The translations under genes and the position numbers were made by a program. The notes beneath the pieces are model-generated. The model did no database searches and was not told the origin of the DNA. It saw only the letters and a list, made by a program, of their open reading frames with translations. Positions 11,875-24,180 of a stretch of DNA of 64,000 nucleotides are shown one piece after another. The stretch spans positions 131,068,001 through 131,132,000 of the forward strand of contig OZ024744.1 in NCBI GenBank assembly GCA_964016885.1, read 5' to 3'. This stretch comes from Eledone cirrhosa. Lineage: Eukaryota. Within the stretch, counting starts at the first letter, position 1. Each line of letters starts with the position of its first letter.

Positions 11875-12049
11875 AACCCCAACTTAACTTAACCGCAACT
11901 TCACTCAACCCCAACGTAACTCAGCCCCAACTTAACTTAACCCCAACTTCAATCAACCCCAACTTAACTTAACCCCAACTTCACTCAACCCCAACTTCCA
12001 ACTTGACTTAACCCCAACTTAACTTAGCCCCAACTTAACTTAAGCCCAA
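11875..12049 (-). repeat. Inverted satellite island 5, subtype B, 175 bp
   Basis: Appears identical to island 3. Confidence 0.95.
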
Positions 12050-13450
12050 AGTCGGGGTTAAGTTAAGTTGGCGTTAAGTTAAGTTAGGCTTAACTTAAGT
12101 TGGGGTTCAGTTAAGTTGGGGGTAAGTTAAGTTGGGGGTAAGTTAAGTTGGGGTTAAGTTAAGTTGCGGTTAAGTTGGGGTTAAGTTAAGTTAGGGTTAA
12201 GTTAAGTTGGGGTTGAGTTAAGTTGGGGTTAATTAAGTGGTGGTTATGTTAAGTTGGGGTTAAGTTAAGTTGGGGTTAATTTAAATTGGGGTTAAGTTAA
12301 CTTTGTGGTTAAGTTAAGTTGGGGTTAAGTTAAGTTGGGGTAAAGTTGGGGTTGAGTTAAGTTGGGGTTGAGTGAAGTTGGGGTTAAGTTAAGTTGGGGT
12401 TAAGTTAAGTTGGGGTTAAGATAAGTCGGGGTTAAATTAAGTTGTGGTTGAGTTAAGTTGGGGTTAATTTAAGTTGGGGCTAAGTTAATTTGTGGTTAAG
12501 TTAAGTTGGGGTTAAGTTAAGTTGGGGTTAAGTTAAGTCGGGGTAAGTTAAGTCGGGGTTAAGTTAAGTTAGGGTTAAGTTAAGTTGGGGTTAAGTTAAG
12601 TTGTGGTTGAGTTAAGTTGGGGTTGAGTTAAATTGGGGTTGAGTTAAGTTGGGGTTGAGTTAAGTTGGTGTTGAGTTAAGTTGGGGTTAAGTTAAGTTGG
12701 GGTTAAGTTAAGTTGCGGTTAAGTTAAGTTGGGGTTCAGTTAAGTTGGGGTTAAGTTAAGTTGGGGTTAAGTTAAGTTGGGGTTAAGTTAAGTTGGGGTT
12801 AAGTTAAGTTGGGTTTAAGTTAAGTTGGGGTTAAGTTAAGTTGGGGTCAAGTTAAGTTGGGGTTAAGTTAAGTTGGTTAGTTAAGTTGAGTTTAAGTTAA
12901 GTTGGGGTTAATTTATGTTGGGGTTAAGTTAAGTTGGGGTTAAGTTAAGTTGGGGTTAATTTAAGTTGGGGTTAAGTTAAGTTGCGGGTAATTTAAGTTG
13001 GGGTTAAGTTAAGTTGGGGTTAAGTTAAGTTGGGGTTATGTTAAGTTGGGGTTAAGTTAAGTTGGGGTTAAGTTAAGTTGGGGCTAAGTTAAGTTGGGGC
13101 TGAGTTAAGTTGGGGTTAAGTTAAGTTGGGGTTAAGTTAAGTTGGGGATAAGTTAAGTTGGGGTTAAGTTAAGTTGGGGTTTATTTAAGTTGGGGTTAAT
13201 TTAAGTTGGGGTTCAGTTAAGTTGGGGTTAAGTTAAGTTGGGGTTAAGTTAAGTTGGGGTTAAGTTAAGTTGGGTTTAAGTTAAGTTGGGGTTAAGTTAA
13301 GTTGGGGTCAAGTTAAGTTGGGGTTAAGTTAAGTTGGTTAGTTAAGTTGAGTTTAAGTTAAGTTGGGGTTAATTTATGTTGGGGTTAAGTTAAGTTGGGG
13401 TTAAGTTAAGTTGGGGTTAAGTTAAGTTGGGGTTAAGTTAAGTTGGGGTT

Positions 13451-13650
13451 AACCCCAACTTAACTTAACCCCAACTTCACTCAACCCCAACGTAACTCAA
13501 CCCCAACTTAACTTAACCCCAACTTCACTCAACCCCAACTTAACTTAACCCCAACTTCACTCAACCCCAACTTAAGTCAACCCCAACTTAACTTAACCCC
13601 AACTTGACTTAACCCCAACTTAGCTTAGCACCAACTTAACTTAAGCCCAA
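13451..13650 (-). repeat. Inverted satellite island 6, subtype C (TTAGCACC variant), 200 bp
   Basis: AAGTCAACC and TTAGCACC markers. Right junction variant AAGCCCAA|AGCCGGGG. Confidence 0.95.
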
Positions 13651-16600
13651 AGCCGGGGTTAAGTTAAGTTGGCGTTAAGTTAAGTTAGGCTTAACTTAAG
13701 TTGGGGTTCAGTTAAGTTGGGGGTAAGTTAAGTTGGGGGTAAGTTAAGTTGGGGTTAAGTTAAGTTGCGTTTAAGTTGGGGTTAAGTTAAGTTAGGGTTA
13801 AGTTAAGTTGGGGTTAAGTTAAGTTGGGGTTAATTTAAATTGGGGTTAAGTTAACTTTGTGGTTAAGTTAAGTTGGGGTTAAGTTAAGTTGGGGTTAAGT
13901 TGGGGTTAATTTAAGTTGGGGCTAAGTTAATTTGTGGTTAAGTTAAGTTGGGGTTAAGTTAAGTTGGGGTTAAGTTAAGTTGGGGTTGAGTTAAGTTGGG
14001 GTTGAGTTAATTTGGGGTTAAATTAAGTTGGGGTTAAGTTAAGTTGCGGGTAAGTTAAGTTGGGGCTAAGTTAAGTTGGGGTTAAATTAAGTTGGAGTTA
14101 CGTTAAGTTGGTGTTAAGTTAAGTTGGGGTTAATTTAAGTTGGGGTTAATTAAGTTGGGGTTAAGTTAAGTTGGGGTTAAGTTAAGTTGGGGTTTATTTA
14201 AGTTGGGGTTAAGTTAAGTTGGGGTTCAGTTAAGTTGGGGTTCAGTTAAGTTGGGGTTAAGTTAAGTTGGGGTTAAGATGGGGTTAAATTAAGTTGGGGT
14301 TAAGTTAAGTTGGGGTTAAGTTGAGTTGGGGTTAAGTTAAGTTGGGGTTAAGTTAAGTCGGGGTTAAGTTAAGTCGGGGTTAAGTTAAGTTAGGGTTCAG
14401 TTAAGTTGGGGTTAAGTTAAGTTGGGGTTGAGTTAAGTTGGGGTTGAGTTAAATTGGTGTTGAGTTAAGTTGGGGTTAAGTTAAGTTGGGGTTAAGTTAA
14501 GTTGCAGTTAAGTTAAGTTGAGGTTAAGTTAAGGTGCGGTTAAGTTAAGTTGGGGTTAAGTTAAGTTGGGGCTAAGTTAAGTTGGGGCTAAGTTAAGTTG
14601 GGGCTAAGTTACGTTGGGGTTAGGTTAAGTTGGGGTTAAGTTAAGTCGGGGTCAAGTTAAGTTGGCGTTAAGTTAAGTTGGGGTTAATTTAAGTTGGGGT
14701 TAAGTTATGTTGGGGTTAATTTAAGTTGGGGTTAAGTTAAGTTGCGGGTAATTTAAGTTGGGGTTAAGTTAAGTTGGGGTTAAGTTAAGTTGGGGTTATG
14801 TTAAGTTGGGGTTAAGTTAAGTTGGGGTTAAGTTAAGTTGGGGCTAAGTTAAGTTGGGGCTGAGTTAAGTTGGGGTTAAGTTAAGTTGGGGATAAGTTAA
14901 GTTGGGGTTAAGTTAAGTTGGGGTTTATTTAAGTTGGGGTTAATTTAAGTTGGGGTTCAGTTAAGTTGGGGTTCAGTTAAGTTGGGGTTAAGTTAAGTTG
15001 GGGTTTATTTAAGTTGGGGTTAATTTAAGTCGGGGTTAAGTTAAGTCAGGGTTAAGTTAAGATAGGGTTAAGTTAAGTTGGGGTTAAGTTAAGTTGGGGT
15101 TGTGTTAAGTTGGGGTTGAGTTAAATTGGGGTTGAGTTAAGTTGGGGTAAAGTTAAGTTGGTGTTGAGTTAAGTTGGGGTTAAGTTAAGTTGGGGTTAAT
15201 TTAAGTTGCAGTTAAGTTAAGTTGAGGTTAAGTTAAGGTGGGGTTAAGTTAAGTTGGGGTTAATTTAAGTTGGGGCTAAGCTAAGTTGGGGCTAATTTAA
15301 GTTGGGGCTAAGTTAAGTTGGGGTTAAGTTAGGTTGGGGTATATTAAGTTGGGGTTAAGTTAAGTTGGGGTTAAGTTAAGTTGGGGTTAAATTAAGTTGG
15401 TGTTAAGTTAAGTTGGGGCTGAGTTAAGTTGGGGCTGAGTTAAGTTGGGGCTGAGTTAAGTTGGGGTTAAGATAAGTTGGGGTTGAGTTAAGTTGGGGTT
15501 AAGTTAAGTTGGGGTTAAGTTAAGTTGGGGTTAAGTTGGGGTTAAGTTAAGTTAGGTTAAAGTTAAGTTGGGTTTAAGTTAAGTTGGGGTTAAGTTAAGT
15601 TGGGGTTAAGTTAAGTTGGGTTTAAGTTAAGTTGGGGTTAAGTTAAGTTGGGGTTAAGTTAAGTCGGGGTTAAGTTAAGTTGGGTTTAAGTTAAGTTGGG
15701 GTTAAGTTAAGTTGGGGTTAAGTTAAGTTGGGGTTAAGTTAAGTTGGTTAGTTAAGTTGAGTTTAAGTTAAGTTGGGGTTAATTTAAGTCGGGGTTAAGT
15801 TAAGTTAGGGTTAAGTTAAGTTGGGGTTGAGTTAAGTTGGGGTTGAGTTAAATTGGGGTTGAGTTAAGTTGGGGTTGAGTTAAGTTGGTGTTGAGTTAAG
15901 TTGGGGTTAAGTTAAGTTGGGGTTAAGTTAAGTGGTGGTTAAGTTAAGTTGAGGTTAAGTTAAGTTGGGGTTAAGTTAAGTTGGGGTTGAGTTAAGTTGG
16001 GGTTGAGTTAATTTGGGGTTAATTTAAGTTGGGGTTAAGTTAAGTTGGGTTTAAGTTAAGTTGGGGTTAAATTAAGTTGGGGTTAAATTAAGTTGGGGTT
16101 AAGTTAAGTTGGGGGTAAGTTAAGTTGGGGGCAAGTTAAGTTGAGGCTAAGTTAAGTTGGGGTTAAATTAAGTTGGGGTTACGTTTAGTTGGTGTTAAGT
16201 TAAGTTGGGGTTAATTTAAGTTGGGGTTAATTAAGTTGGGGTTAAGTTAAGTTGGGGTTAAGTTAAGTTGGGGTTTATTTAAGTTGGGGTTAAGTTAAGT
16301 TGGGGTTCAGTTAAGTTGGGGTTCAGTTAAGTTGGGGTTAAGTTAAGTTGGGGTTAAGATGGGGTTAAATTAAGTTGGGGTTAAGTTAAGTTGGGGTTAA
16401 GTTAAGTTGGGGTTAAATTAAGTTGGGGTTAAGTTAAATCGGGGTTAAGTTAAGTCGGGGTTAAGTTAAGTTAGGGTTCAGTTAAGTTGGGGTTAAGTTA
16501 AGTTGGGGTTGAGTTAAGTTGGGGTTGAGTTAAATTGGGGTTGAGTTAAGTTGGGGTTGAGTTAAATTGGGGTTAAGTTAAGTTGGGGTTAAGTTAAGTT

Positions 16601-17766
16601 GGGGCTAAGTTAAGTTGGGGCTGAGTTAAGTTGGGGTTAAGTTAAGTTGGGGTTAAGTTAAGTTGGGGATAAGTTAAGTTGGGGTTAAGTTAAGTTGGGG
16701 TTTATTTAAGTTGGGGTTAATTTAAGTTGCAGTTAAGTTAAGTTGAGGTTAAGTTAAGTTGGGGTTAAGTTAAGTTGGGTTTAAGTTAAGTTGGGGTTAA
16801 ATTAAGTTGGGGTTAAATTAAGTTGGGGTTAAGTTAAGTTGGGGGTAAGTTAAGTTGGGGGCAAGTTAAGTTGGGGTTAATTTAAGTTGGGGCTAAGTTA
16901 AGTTGGGGCTGAGTTAAGTTGGGGTTAAGTTAAGTTGGGGTTAAGTTAAGTTGGGGTTAAGTTAAGTTGGGGCTAATTTAAGTTGGGGCTGAGTTAAGTT
17001 GGGGTTAAGTTAAGTTAGGGTTAAGTTAAGTTGGGGTTAAGTTAAGTTGGGGTTAAGTTAAGTTGGGGTTTATTTAAGTTGGGGTTAAGTTAAGTTGGGG
17101 TTCAATTAAGTTGGGGTTCAGTTAAGTTGGGGTTAAGTTAAGTTGGGGTTAAGATGGGGTTAAATTACGTTGGAGTTAAGTTAAGTTGGGGTTAAGTTAA
17201 GTTGGGGTTAAGTTAAGTTGGGGTTAAGTTAAGTCGGGGTTAATTTAAGTCGGGGTTAAGTTAAGTTAGGGTTCAGTTAAGTTGGGGTTAAGTTAAGTTG
17301 GGGCTGAGTTAAGTTGGGGTTGAGTTAAATTGGGGTTGAGTTAAGTTGGGGTTGAGTTAAGTTGGTGTTGAGTTAAGTTGGGGTTAAGTTAAATTGGGGT
17401 TAAATTAAGTTGCAGTTAAGTTAAGTTGAGGTTAAGTTAAGGTGCGGTTAAGTTAAGTTGGGGTTAAGTTAAGTTGGGGCTAAGTTAAGTTGGGGCTAAG
17501 TTAAGTTGGGGCTAAGTTAAGTTGGGGTTAAGTTAAGTTGGGGTTAAGTTAAGTCGGGGTTAAGTTAAGTTGGGGTTAAGTTAAGTTGGGGTTAATTTAA
17601 GTTGGGGTTAAGTTAAGTTGGGGTTAAGTTAAGTTGGGTTTAAGTTAAGTTGGGGTTAAGTTAAGTTGGGGTTAAGTTAAGTTGGTTAGTTAAGTTGAGT
17701 TTAAGTTAAGTTGGGGTTAATTTAAGTTGGGGTTAAGTTAAGTTGGGGTTAAGTTAAGTTGGGGTT

Positions 17767-17941
17767 AACCCCAACTTAACTTAACCCCAACTTCACTCAA
17801 CCCCAACGTAACTCAACCCCAACTTAACTTAACCCCAACTTCACTCAACCCCAACTTAACTTAACCCCAACTTCACTCAACCCCAACTTCCAACTTGACT
17901 TAACCCCAACTTAACTTAGCCCCAACTTAACTTAAGCCCAA
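17767..17941 (-). repeat. Inverted satellite island 7, subtype B, 175 bp
   Basis: Shared junctions and ACTTCCAACTTGAC scar. Confidence 0.95.
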
Positions 17942-18991
17942 AGTCGGGGTTAAGTTAAGTTGGCGTTAAGTTAAGTTAGGCTTAACTTAAGTTGGGGTTC
18001 AGTTAAGTTGGGGGTAAGTTAAGTTGGGGGTAAGTTAAGTTGGGGGTAAGTTAAGTTGGGGTTAAGTTAAGTTGCGGTTAAGTTGGGGTTAAGTTAAGTT
18101 AGGGTTAAGTTAAGTTGGGGTTGAGTTAAGTTGGGGTTAATTAAGTGGTGGTTATGTTAAGTTGGGGTTAAGTTAAGTTGGGGTTAAGTTAAGTTGGGGT
18201 TAAGTTAAGTTGGGGTTAAGTTAAGTTGGGGTAAAGTTGTGGTTGAGTTAAGTTGGGGTTGAGTGAAGTTGGGGTTAAGTTAAGTTGGGGTTAAGTTAAG
18301 TTGGGGTTAAGATAAGTCGGGGTTAAGTTAAGTTGTGGTTGAGTTAAGTTGGGGTTAATTTAAGTTGGGGCTAAGTTAATTTGTGGTTAAGTTAAGTTGG
18401 GGTTAAGTTAAGTTGGGGTTAAGTTAAGTTGGGGTTGAGTTAAGTTGGGGTTGAGTTAATTTGGGGTTAAGTTAAGTTGGGGTTAAGTTAAGTTGGGTTT
18501 AAGTTAAGTTGGGGTTAAATTAAGTTGGGGTTAAATTAAGTTGGGGTTAAGTTAAGTTGGGGGTAAGTTAAGTTGGGGGCAAGTTAAGTTGGGGTTAATT
18601 TAAGTTGGGGCTAAGTTAAGTTGGGGCTGAGTTAAGTTGGGGTTAAGTTAAGTTGGGGTTAAGTTAAGTTGGGGTTAAGTTAAGTTGGGGTTAATTTAAG
18701 TTGGGGTTAAGTTAAGTTGCGGGTAATTTAAGTTGGGGTTAAGTTAAGTTGGGGTTAAGTTAAGTTGGGGCTAATTTAAGTTGGGGCTGAGTTAAGTTGG
18801 GGTTAAGTTAAGTTGGGGTTAAGTTAAGTTGGGGTTAAGTTAAGTTGGGGTTAAGTTAAGTTGGGGTTCAGTTAAGTTGGGGTTCAGTTAAGTTGGGGTT
18901 AAGTTAAGTTGGGGTTAAGATGGGGTTAAATTACGTTGGAGTTAAGTTAAGTTGGGGTTAAGTTAAGTTGGGGTTAAGTTAAGTTGGGGTT

Positions 18992-19166
18992 AACCCCAAC
19001 TTAACTTAACCCCAACTTCACTCAACCCCAACGTAACTCAACCCCAACTTAACTTAACCCCAACTTCACTCAACCCCAACTTAACTTAACCCCAACTTCA
19101 CTCAACCCCAACTTCCAACTTGACTTAACCCCAACTTAACTTAGCCCCAACTTAACTTAAGCCCAA
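18992..19166 (-). repeat. Inverted satellite island 8, subtype B, 175 bp
   Basis: Shared junctions and scar. Confidence 0.95.
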
Positions 19167-20138
19167 AGTCGGGGTTAAGTTAAGTTGGCGTTAAGTTAAG
19201 TTAGGCTTAACTTAAGTTGGGGTTCAGTTAAGTTGGGGGTAAGTTAAGTTGGGGGTAAGTTAAGTTGCGGTTAAGTTGGGGTTAAGTTAAGTTAGGGTTA
19301 AGTTAAGTTGGGGTTGAGTTAAGTTGGGGTTAATTAAGTGGTGGTTATGTTAAGTTGGGGTTAAGTTAAGTTGGGGTTAAGTTAAGTTGGGGTTAATTTA
19401 AGTTGGGGTTTATTTAAGTTGGGGTTAAGTTAAGTTGGGGTTCAGTTAAGTTGGGGTTCAGTTAAGTTGGGGTTAAGTTAAGTTGGGGTTAAGATGGGGT
19501 TAAATTACGTTGGAGTTAAGTTAAGTTGGGGTTAATTTAAGTTGGGGTTAAGTTAAGTTGGGGTTAAGTTAAGTCGGGGTTAATTTAAGTCGGGGTTAAG
19601 TTAAGTTAGGGTTCAGTTAAGTTGGGGTTAAGTTAAGTTGGGGTTGAGTTAAGTTGGGGTTGAGTTAAATTGGGGTTGAGTTAAGTTGGGGTTGAGTTAA
19701 GTTGGTGTTGAGTTAAGTTGGGGTTAAGTTAAATTGGGGTTAAATTAAGTTGCAGTTAAGTTAAGTTGAGGTTAAGTTAAGGTGCGGTTAAGTTAAGTTG
19801 GGGTTAAGTTAAGTTGGGGCTAAGTTAAGTTGGGGCTAAGTTAAGTTGGGGCTAAGTTAAGTTGGGGTTAAGTTAAGTTGGGGTTAAGTTAAGTCGGGGT
19901 TAAGTTAAGTTGGGGTTAAGTTAAGTTGGGGTTAATTTAAGTTGGGGTTAAGTTAAGTTGGGGTTAAGTTAAGTTGGGTTTAAGTTAAGTTGGGGTTAAG
20001 TTAAGTTGGGGTTAAGTTAAGTTGGGGTTAAGTTAAGTTGGTTAGTTAAGTTGAGTTTAAGTTAAGTTGGGGTTAATTTAAGTTGGGGTTAAGTTAAGTT
20101 GGGGTTAAGTTAAGTTGGGGTTAAGTTAAGTTGGGGTT

Positions 20139-20313
20139 AACCCCAACTTAACTTAACCCCAACTTCACTCAACCCCAACGTAACTCAACCCCAACTTAAC
20201 TTAACCCCAACTTCACTCAACCCCAACTTAACTTAACCCCAACTTCACGCAACCCCAACTTCCAATTTGACTTAACCCCAACTTAACTTAGCCCCAACTT
20301 AACTTAAGCCCAA
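20139..20313 (-). repeat. Inverted satellite island 9, subtype B, 175 bp
   Basis: Shared junctions. The scar reads ACTTCCAATTTGAC here and there is a private CACGC variant. Confidence 0.95.
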
Positions 20314-22463
20314 AGTCGGGGTTAAGTTAAGTTGGCGTTAATTAAGTTAGGCTTAACTTAAGTTGGGGTTCAGTTAAGTTGGGGGTAAGTTAAGTTGGGG
20401 GTAAGTTAAGTTGGGGGTAAGTTAAGTTGGGGTTAAGTTAAGTTGCGGTTAAGTTGGGGTTAAGTTAAGTTAGGGTTAAGTTAAGTTGGGGTTGAGTTAA
20501 GTTGGGGTTAATTAAGTGGTGGTTATGTTAAATTGGGGTTAAGTTAAGTTGGGGTTAAGTTAAGTTGGGGTTAAGTTAAGTTGGGGTAAAGTCGGGGTTG
20601 AGTTAAGTTGGGGTTGAGTGAAGTTGGGGTTAAGTTAAGTTGGGGTTAAGTTAAGTTGGGGTTAAGATAAGTCGGGGTTAAGTTAAGTTGTGGTTGAGTT
20701 AAGTTGGGGTTAATTTAAGTTGGGGCTAAGTTAATTTGTGGTTAAGTTAAGTTGGGGTTAAGTTAAGTTGGGGTTAAGTTAAGTTGGGGTTGAGTTAAGT
20801 TGGGGTTGAGTTAATTTGGGGTTAAGTTAAGTTGGGGTTAAGTTAAGTTGGGTTTAAGTTAAGTTGGGGTTAAATTAAGTTGGGGTTAAATTAAGTTGGG
20901 GTTAAGTTAAGTTGGGGGTAAGTTAAGTTGGGGGCAAGTTAAGTTGGGGTTAATTTAAGTTGGGGCTAAGTTAAGTTGGGGCTGAGTTAAGTTGGGGTTA
21001 AGTTAAGTTGGGGTTAAGTTAAGTTGGGGTTAAGTTAAGTTGGGGTTAATTTAAGTTGGGGTTAAGTTAAGTTGCGGGTAATTTAAGTTGGGGTTAAGTT
21101 AAGTTGGGGTTAAGTTAAGTTGGGGCTAATTTAAGTTGGGGCTGAGTTAAGTTGGGGTTAAGTTAAGTTGGGGTTAAGTTAAGTTGGGGTTAAGTTAAGT
21201 TGGGGTTAAGTTAAGTTGGGGTTAAGTTAAGTTGGGGTTAAGTTAAGTTAGGGTTAAGTTAAGTTGAGGTTAAGTTAAGTTGGGGTTAAGTTAAGTTGGG
21301 GATAAGTTAAGTTGGGGTTAAGTTAAGATGGGGTTAAGTTAAGTTGGGGATAAGTTAAGTTGGGGATAATTTAAGTTGGGGTTAAGTTAAGTTGGGTTTA
21401 AGTTAAGTTGGGGTTAAGTTAAGTTGGGGTTAAGTTAAGTTGGGGTTAAGTTAAGTTGGGGTTAAGTTAAGTTGGGGCTAAGTTAAGTTGGGGCTGAGTT
21501 AAGTTGGGGTTAAGTTAAGTTGGGGTTAAGTTAAGTTGGGGTTAAGTTAAGTTGGGGTTAATTTAAGTTGGGGTTAAGTTAAGTTGCGGGTAATTTAAGT
21601 TGGGGTTAAGTTAAGTTGGGGTTAAGTTAAGTTGGGGCTAATTTAAGTTGGGGCTGAGTTAAGTTGGGGTTAAGTTAAGTTGGGGTTAAGTTAAGTTGGG
21701 GTTAAGTTAAGTTGGGGTTAAGTTAAGTTGGGGTTTATTTAAGTTGGGGTTAAGTTAAGTTGGGGTTCAGTTAAGTTGGGGTTCAGTTAAGTTGGGGTTG
21801 AGTTAAGTTGGGGTTAAGATGGGGTTAAATTACGTTGGAGTTAAGTTAAGTTGGGGTTAAGTTAAGTTGGGGTTAAGTTAAGTTGGGGTTAAGTTAAGTC
21901 GGGGTTAATTTAAGTCGGGGTTAAGTTAAGTTAGGGTTCAGTTAAGTTGGGGTTAAGTTAAGTTGGGGTTGAGTTAAGTTGGGGTTGAGTTAAATTGGGG
22001 TTGAGTTAAGTTGGGGTTGAGTTAAGTTGGTGTTGAGTTAAGTTGGGGTTAAGTTAAATTGGGGTTAAATTAAGTTGCAGTTAAGTTAAGTTGAGGTTAA
22101 GTTAAGGTGCGGTTAAGTTAAGTTGGGGTTAAGTTAAGTTGGGGCTAAGTTAAGTTGGGGCTAAGTTAAGTTGGGGCTAAGTTAAGTTGGGGTTAAGTTA
22201 AGTTGGGGTTAAGTTAAGTCGGGGTTAAGTTAAGTTGGGGTTAAGTTAAGTTGGGGTTAATTTAAGTTGGGGTTAAGTTAAGTTGGGGTTAAGTTAAGTT
22301 GGGTTTAAGTTAAGTTGGGGTTAAGTTAAGTTGGGGTTAAGTTAAGTTGGGGTTAAGTTAAGTTGGTTAGTTAAGTTGAGTTTAAGTTAAGTTGGGGTTA
22401 ATTTAAGTTGGGGTTAAGTTAAGTTGGGGTTAAGTTAAGTTGGGGTTAAGTTAAGTTGGGGTT

Positions 22464-22638
22464 AACCCCAACTTAACTTAACCCCAACTTCACTCAACCC
22501 CAACGTAACTCAACCCCAACTTAACTTAACCCCAACTTCACTCAACCCCAACTTAACTTAACCCCAACTTCACTCAACCCCAACTTCCAACTTGACTTAA
22601 CCCCAACTTAACTTAGCCCCAACTTAACTTAAGCCCAA
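22464..22638 (-). repeat. Inverted satellite island 10, subtype B, 175 bp
   Basis: Shared junctions and scar. Confidence 0.95.
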
Positions 22639-24005
22639 AGTCGGGGTTAAGTTAAGTTGGCGTTAAGTTAAGTTAGGCTTAACTTAAGTTGGGGTTCAGT
22701 TAAGTTGGGGGTAAGTTAAGTTGGGGGTAAGTTAAGTTGGGGGTAAGTTAAGTTGGGGTTAAGTTAAGTTGCGGTTAAGTTGGGGTTAAGTTAAGTTAGG
22801 GTTAAGTTAAGTTGGGGTTGAGTTAAGTTGGGGTTAATTAAGTGGTGGTTATGTTAAGTTGGGGTTAAGTTAAGTTGGGGTTAAGTTAAGTTGGGGTTAA
22901 GTTAAGTTGGGGTAAAGTTGGGGTTGAGTTAAGTTGGGGTTGAGTGAAGTTGGGGTTAATTTAAGTTGGGGCTAAGTTAATTTGTGGTTAAGTTAAGTTG
23001 GGGTTAAGTTAAGTTGGGGTTAAGTTAAGTTGGGGTTGAGTTAAGTTGGGGTTGAGTTAATTTGGGGTTAAGTTAAGTTGGGGTTAAGTTAAGTTGGGTT
23101 TAAGTTAAGTTGGGGTTAAATTAAGTTGGGGTTAAATTAAGTTGGGGTTAAGTTAAGTTGGGGGTAAGTTAAGTTGGGGGCAAGTTAAGTTGGGGTTAAG
23201 TTAAGTTGGGGCTAATTTAAGTTGTGGCTGAGTTAAGTTGGGGTTAAGTTAAGTTGGGGTTAAGTTAAGTTGGGGTTAAGTTAAGTTGGGGTTAAGTTAA
23301 GTTGGGGTTTATTTAAGTTGGGGTTAAGTTAAGTTGGGGTTCAGTTAAGTTGGGGTTCAGTTAAGTTGGGGTTAAGTTAAGTTGGGGTTAAGATGGGGTT
23401 AAATTACGTTGGAGTTAAGTTAAGTTGGGGTTAAGTTAAGTTGGGGTTAAGTTAAGTTGGGGTTAAGTTAAGTCGGGGTTAATTTAAGTCGGGGTTAAGT
23501 TAAGTTAGGGTTCAGTTAAGTTGGGGTTAAGTTAAGTTGGGGTTGAGTTAAGTTGGGGTTGAATTAAATTGGGGTTGAGTTAAGTTGGGGTTGAGTTAAG
23601 TTGGTGTTGAGTTAAGTTGGGGTTAAGTTAAATTGGGGTTAAATTAAGTTGCAGTTAAGTTAAGTTGAGGTTAAGTTAAGGTGCGGTTAAGTTAAGTTGG
23701 GGTTAAGTTAAGTTGGGGCTAAGTTAAGTTGGGGCTAAGTTAAGTTGGGGCTAAGTTAAGTTGGGGTTAAGTTAAGTTGGGGTTAAGTTAAGTCGGGGTT
23801 AAGTTAAGTTGGGGTTAAGTTAAGTTGGAGTTAATTTAAGTTGGGGTTAAGTTAAGTTGGGGTTAAGTTAAGTTGGGTTTAAGTTAAGTTGGGGTTAAGT
23901 TAAGTTGGGGTTAAGTTAAGTTGGTTAGTTAAGTTGAGTTTAAGTTAAGTTGGGGTTAATTTAATTTGGGGTTAAGTTAAGTTGGGGTTAAGTTAAGTTG
24001 GGGTT

Positions 24006-24180
24006 AACCCCAACTTAACTTAACCCCAACTTCACTCAACCCCAACGTAACTCAACCCCAACTTAACTTAACCCCAACTTCACTCAACCCCAACTTAACT
24101 TAACCCCAACTTCACTCAACCCCAACTTCCAACTTGACTTAACCCCAACTTAACTTAGCCCCAACTTAACTTAAGCCCAA
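24006..24180 (-). repeat. Inverted satellite island 11, subtype B, 175 bp
   Basis: Shared junctions and scar. Confidence 0.95.

Larger units (their letters stand above)
7371..12703 (+). repeat. ~5.3 kb tandem duplication, copy 2
   Basis: Matches 2080-7370 and carries an extra ~45 bp near 10710-10755 (GGTTAG 13-mer plus two 16-mers). Confidence 0.85.
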
